The notes beneath the pieces were generated by a model. That model was not told the origin of the DNA, did not search any database, and saw only the letters and a program-made list of their open reading frames with translations. From NCBI RefSeq assembly GCF_009914755.1, contig NC_060926.1: a DNA stretch of 64,000 nucleotides. The stretch is one strand, 5' to 3'. Source of the DNA: the human T2T-CHM13v2.0 reference genome, Homo sapiens. This document shows positions 61,314-64,000 of the stretch, in pieces. The stretch's first letter is position 1, and each line of letters starts with the position of its first letter. The position numbers were made by a program, and so were the translations under genes.

Positions 61314-61504
61314 GGTTAAAACTATAGAAGACTGGAGCAGCTGCAAGAATAAACTCTAAAACAATGTCCTCATTTCTTAAAGAAAACTGAGGCCCAAGGA
61401 GGTATAATGACTGGCCAGGATCTCACAGCCAATTCATGGCAGGAATGGAGTTAAGAAAAATACTATTCAGCCTCTGGAAGAGCTGGTTGAAAAGGTAAAA
61501 GCAA

Positions 61505-61812
61505 GGCTGGGCACGGTGGTTTGCTCTTTCCTATAATCCCAGCACTTTGGGAGGCTGAGGTGGGCAGATCCCTTGAGTTCAGGAGTTCAAGACCAGACTG
61601 GGCAACATGGTGAAACCCTGTCCCTACAAAAAGTGAGCCAGGTGGCATGGAGGTACATGCCTGTAGTCCCAGCTACTCAGGAGGCTGAAGCGGGAGGATC
61701 ACCTGAGCCCAGGAGGTCGAGCTATGATGGCACCACTGCACTCCAGCCTAGGTGGCAGATTGAGACCCTGTCTCAAAAAAATAAAAAAGAAAAGAAGAAG
61801 AAATAAAAAGAA
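61505..61812 (+). mobile_element. AluJ
   Basis: gagcccaggaggtcga, gctatgatggcaccactg; TSD-like aaaaggtaaa..gca. Confidence 0.92.
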
Positions 61813-63229
61813 AAGGTAAAGCAGTAATGAAGAAATGTCCTGCTTGAGTTCAACTCACCAGGACAGGCAGTGGGGTGCTTAAAACCAGAGTTGTTGCAGG
61901 AACCTAGTCACTAGTCATAGAAGCTCCTAATACCTGACTTCCCACTGTGTAAAATAATTTGTTACCTGCCTGTCACCTACACTCATTCTGAAGGTCCTAT
62001 ATCAGCCACTAGGACCTTTTGAGGGGCCAAATTACCTGTCAGCCTGATTCTTTTCAGCCTTCTGAGTGACACAGCTCTGGTTGTTTCTTTTGCAGTGTAA
62101 GTAACAACCTCCACTTTTGTTAGTCCAATCCTAGAACTCCCAAGATATAAGTGTCAATGTGGCTGAACAGCAAGGATCAATGTCAATTATTTCAAAGAAC
62201 AAAGGACAGCAGGTGACCAATTAAGCTTAAAGTTCAACAGCATCTCCAACACTCACCTAAGAAACTAACAGTCAATCTCCTTCCCGCTCCTAATTCCTTC
62301 CCTCTAAAAGAATAAATAAATAAGTTTCTTAATGGTTTTCTCTTATTTTTCCTTATTCCACCTTTTCTTATACCAATTCTCATTTTCATTTCCTGTGACC
62401 CTTTTTACTTTGCCCTACATCTCAACCAAGAATCACCTCAAATTGAAATGCTTTGTTAGAATTAAGATACATACACATATCCAATGATGTTTAAATTATC
62501 TGCTCTTTAAGTAGCATTCTATAGTTTTAAAAGGGAAAAAACCCCAAATTAAAGTAACTTTTTACAATGTATCTTTCATCTAACTTTTTAAGTCACATTT
62601 TATCAGAGAAGTTTGTTTTCTACCGTTATAAATTAATTCGAGACTTGAAATTTTACACCAATGTTTTTTAGACATTCTGCTGTGATGATTTTTTATGAAG
62701 ATTACTCTATCAACTTTTGTTTTTACACACTTCCTCAAAAAGACACAGTTTTATATTTCTGTGAAGAGGAAGTGGCATTCTTATAAGTAATTTTCAAAGT
62801 TCTTTTTGACAACTTAAATAAAAAATGACTGCAAACTCCTGAGAATCTTTTCAACACAAATTGATCCTCCTAGATCTATCTAAACATAAGATTCTTTGGT
62901 CAAATAAACTAAGTCAATTGATTTGATAAAACCAAAATGAAAGAAAAATGTAATTCCTAAAGCTGTAGGAACCAAACACTACAATTCATACCGAAGTATG
63001 GAAATTCCATACAAAAATAAAACAAACAAACTCTTTCTACCAATGTTGTTTAAGTGAGAGAGAGAAAGAAGACTAGTTAAAAGGTCATAAATATAAAACA
63101 AAAACAAACTCAAATCATATTTTCATAGAGCTGAAATTGACCTGAGAAAACTGGTCTCTTTAATGTGACAAATGAGGAACCAGCCCAAGATTCAGAGACT
63201 ATTTATTATAGAGTGCCAACCAAGGACCA

Positions 63230-63400
63230 CCTGCTATACAAAGACTTTTCCCACTTGATTATCACAACTTCCCCGTAAAGCAAGTATTATTTTACCCATC
63301 TTACAGTCAAGGAAAGTTGTGTCACAGGAAGATGGACACAGCTTGTTAGGAGTAGCGCTGTGCACATAGCCCAGGTCTCCAGACATCAACTTTAGTATTC
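63230..63400 (-). mobile_element. MIR fragment
   Basis: tattattttacccatcttacagtcaaggaaa. Confidence 0.5.
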
Positions 63401-64000
63401 TAAATATACAACTCACACGGAGCATTTTTGGAAATTGTTCGGTTAGATGCCACAATATTTTAAAATATTATACATAAAATACAGTACCCTGAAACCTTGA
63501 TAGAAGACTCCTTGCTACAAAGCAGAGCTACTTAAAAAGATTGTTTCTTCTTGGCTGCTACGAAAAGGAGCATTAGCAACTAAACATTGCACTCATCTCA
63601 TGAGCCCCAAGACCTAATTATACTAAGGCTCCAAAGTACAAAACCCTTAGTCACATGGCTTCTAAATTACTCATGACAGTATCATTTACTCAAGTCACAG
63701 CTGGCCACTTCTTATGCTTATGGTCTATTCTTAAATCTGGACTCCGTTAAGAAGGATATAGAAAGATTTTTACACTTGTAGAAATAAAGGAAGATATTTC
63801 AGCATGTCTGAAGCAATGGTGAAACCACTCAAGGCAACAACAAACACCTACTTCCTGTTCAGGTAAGAAGAGAGGCATGGCAGCCAGGCCCATTAGAATT
63901 GAGACCTTGTAACTGTTTGCTGCCTTTAAGAACTACACGGTATAATTAAAAGCATAGTTTAAAAGTCAATGTAAGAAAGCGATTTTTGGCAACTCTAGTA

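Overview
Human-like (primate) nuclear genomic DNA, repeat-rich and without any recognisable protein-coding exon. It holds about 30 Alu copies or fragments, two 5'-truncated L1PA insertions with target-site duplications (TSDs), older L1M/L2/MIR remnants, MaLR/ERVL solo LTRs and hAT/Tigger DNA-transposon fossils. It also holds one full-length processed pseudogene of ATP synthase subunit c (ATP5MC2/ATP5G2, 28787-29422, + strand). The ORFs in the supplied track are explained by Alu, L1 or the pseudogene, or are short and unrecognisable. Several splice-site pairs on the minus strand suggest the window lies inside long introns of a gene transcribed on the minus strand, which I could not identify. 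The best leads are a candidate frame-preserving 18-nt microexon at 27651-27668 (-) with an upstream TGCATG motif, a ~104-nt near-perfect hairpin in unique sequence at 60015-60118, a CpG-retaining 203-nt candidate non-coding/poison exon at 46229-46431 (-), and a zero-spacer inverted Alu pair at 40557-41195. I found no evidence for a new multi-gene system. Repeat subfamily calls are by eye from remembered consensus motifs, and boundaries are approximate unless a TSD is quoted.
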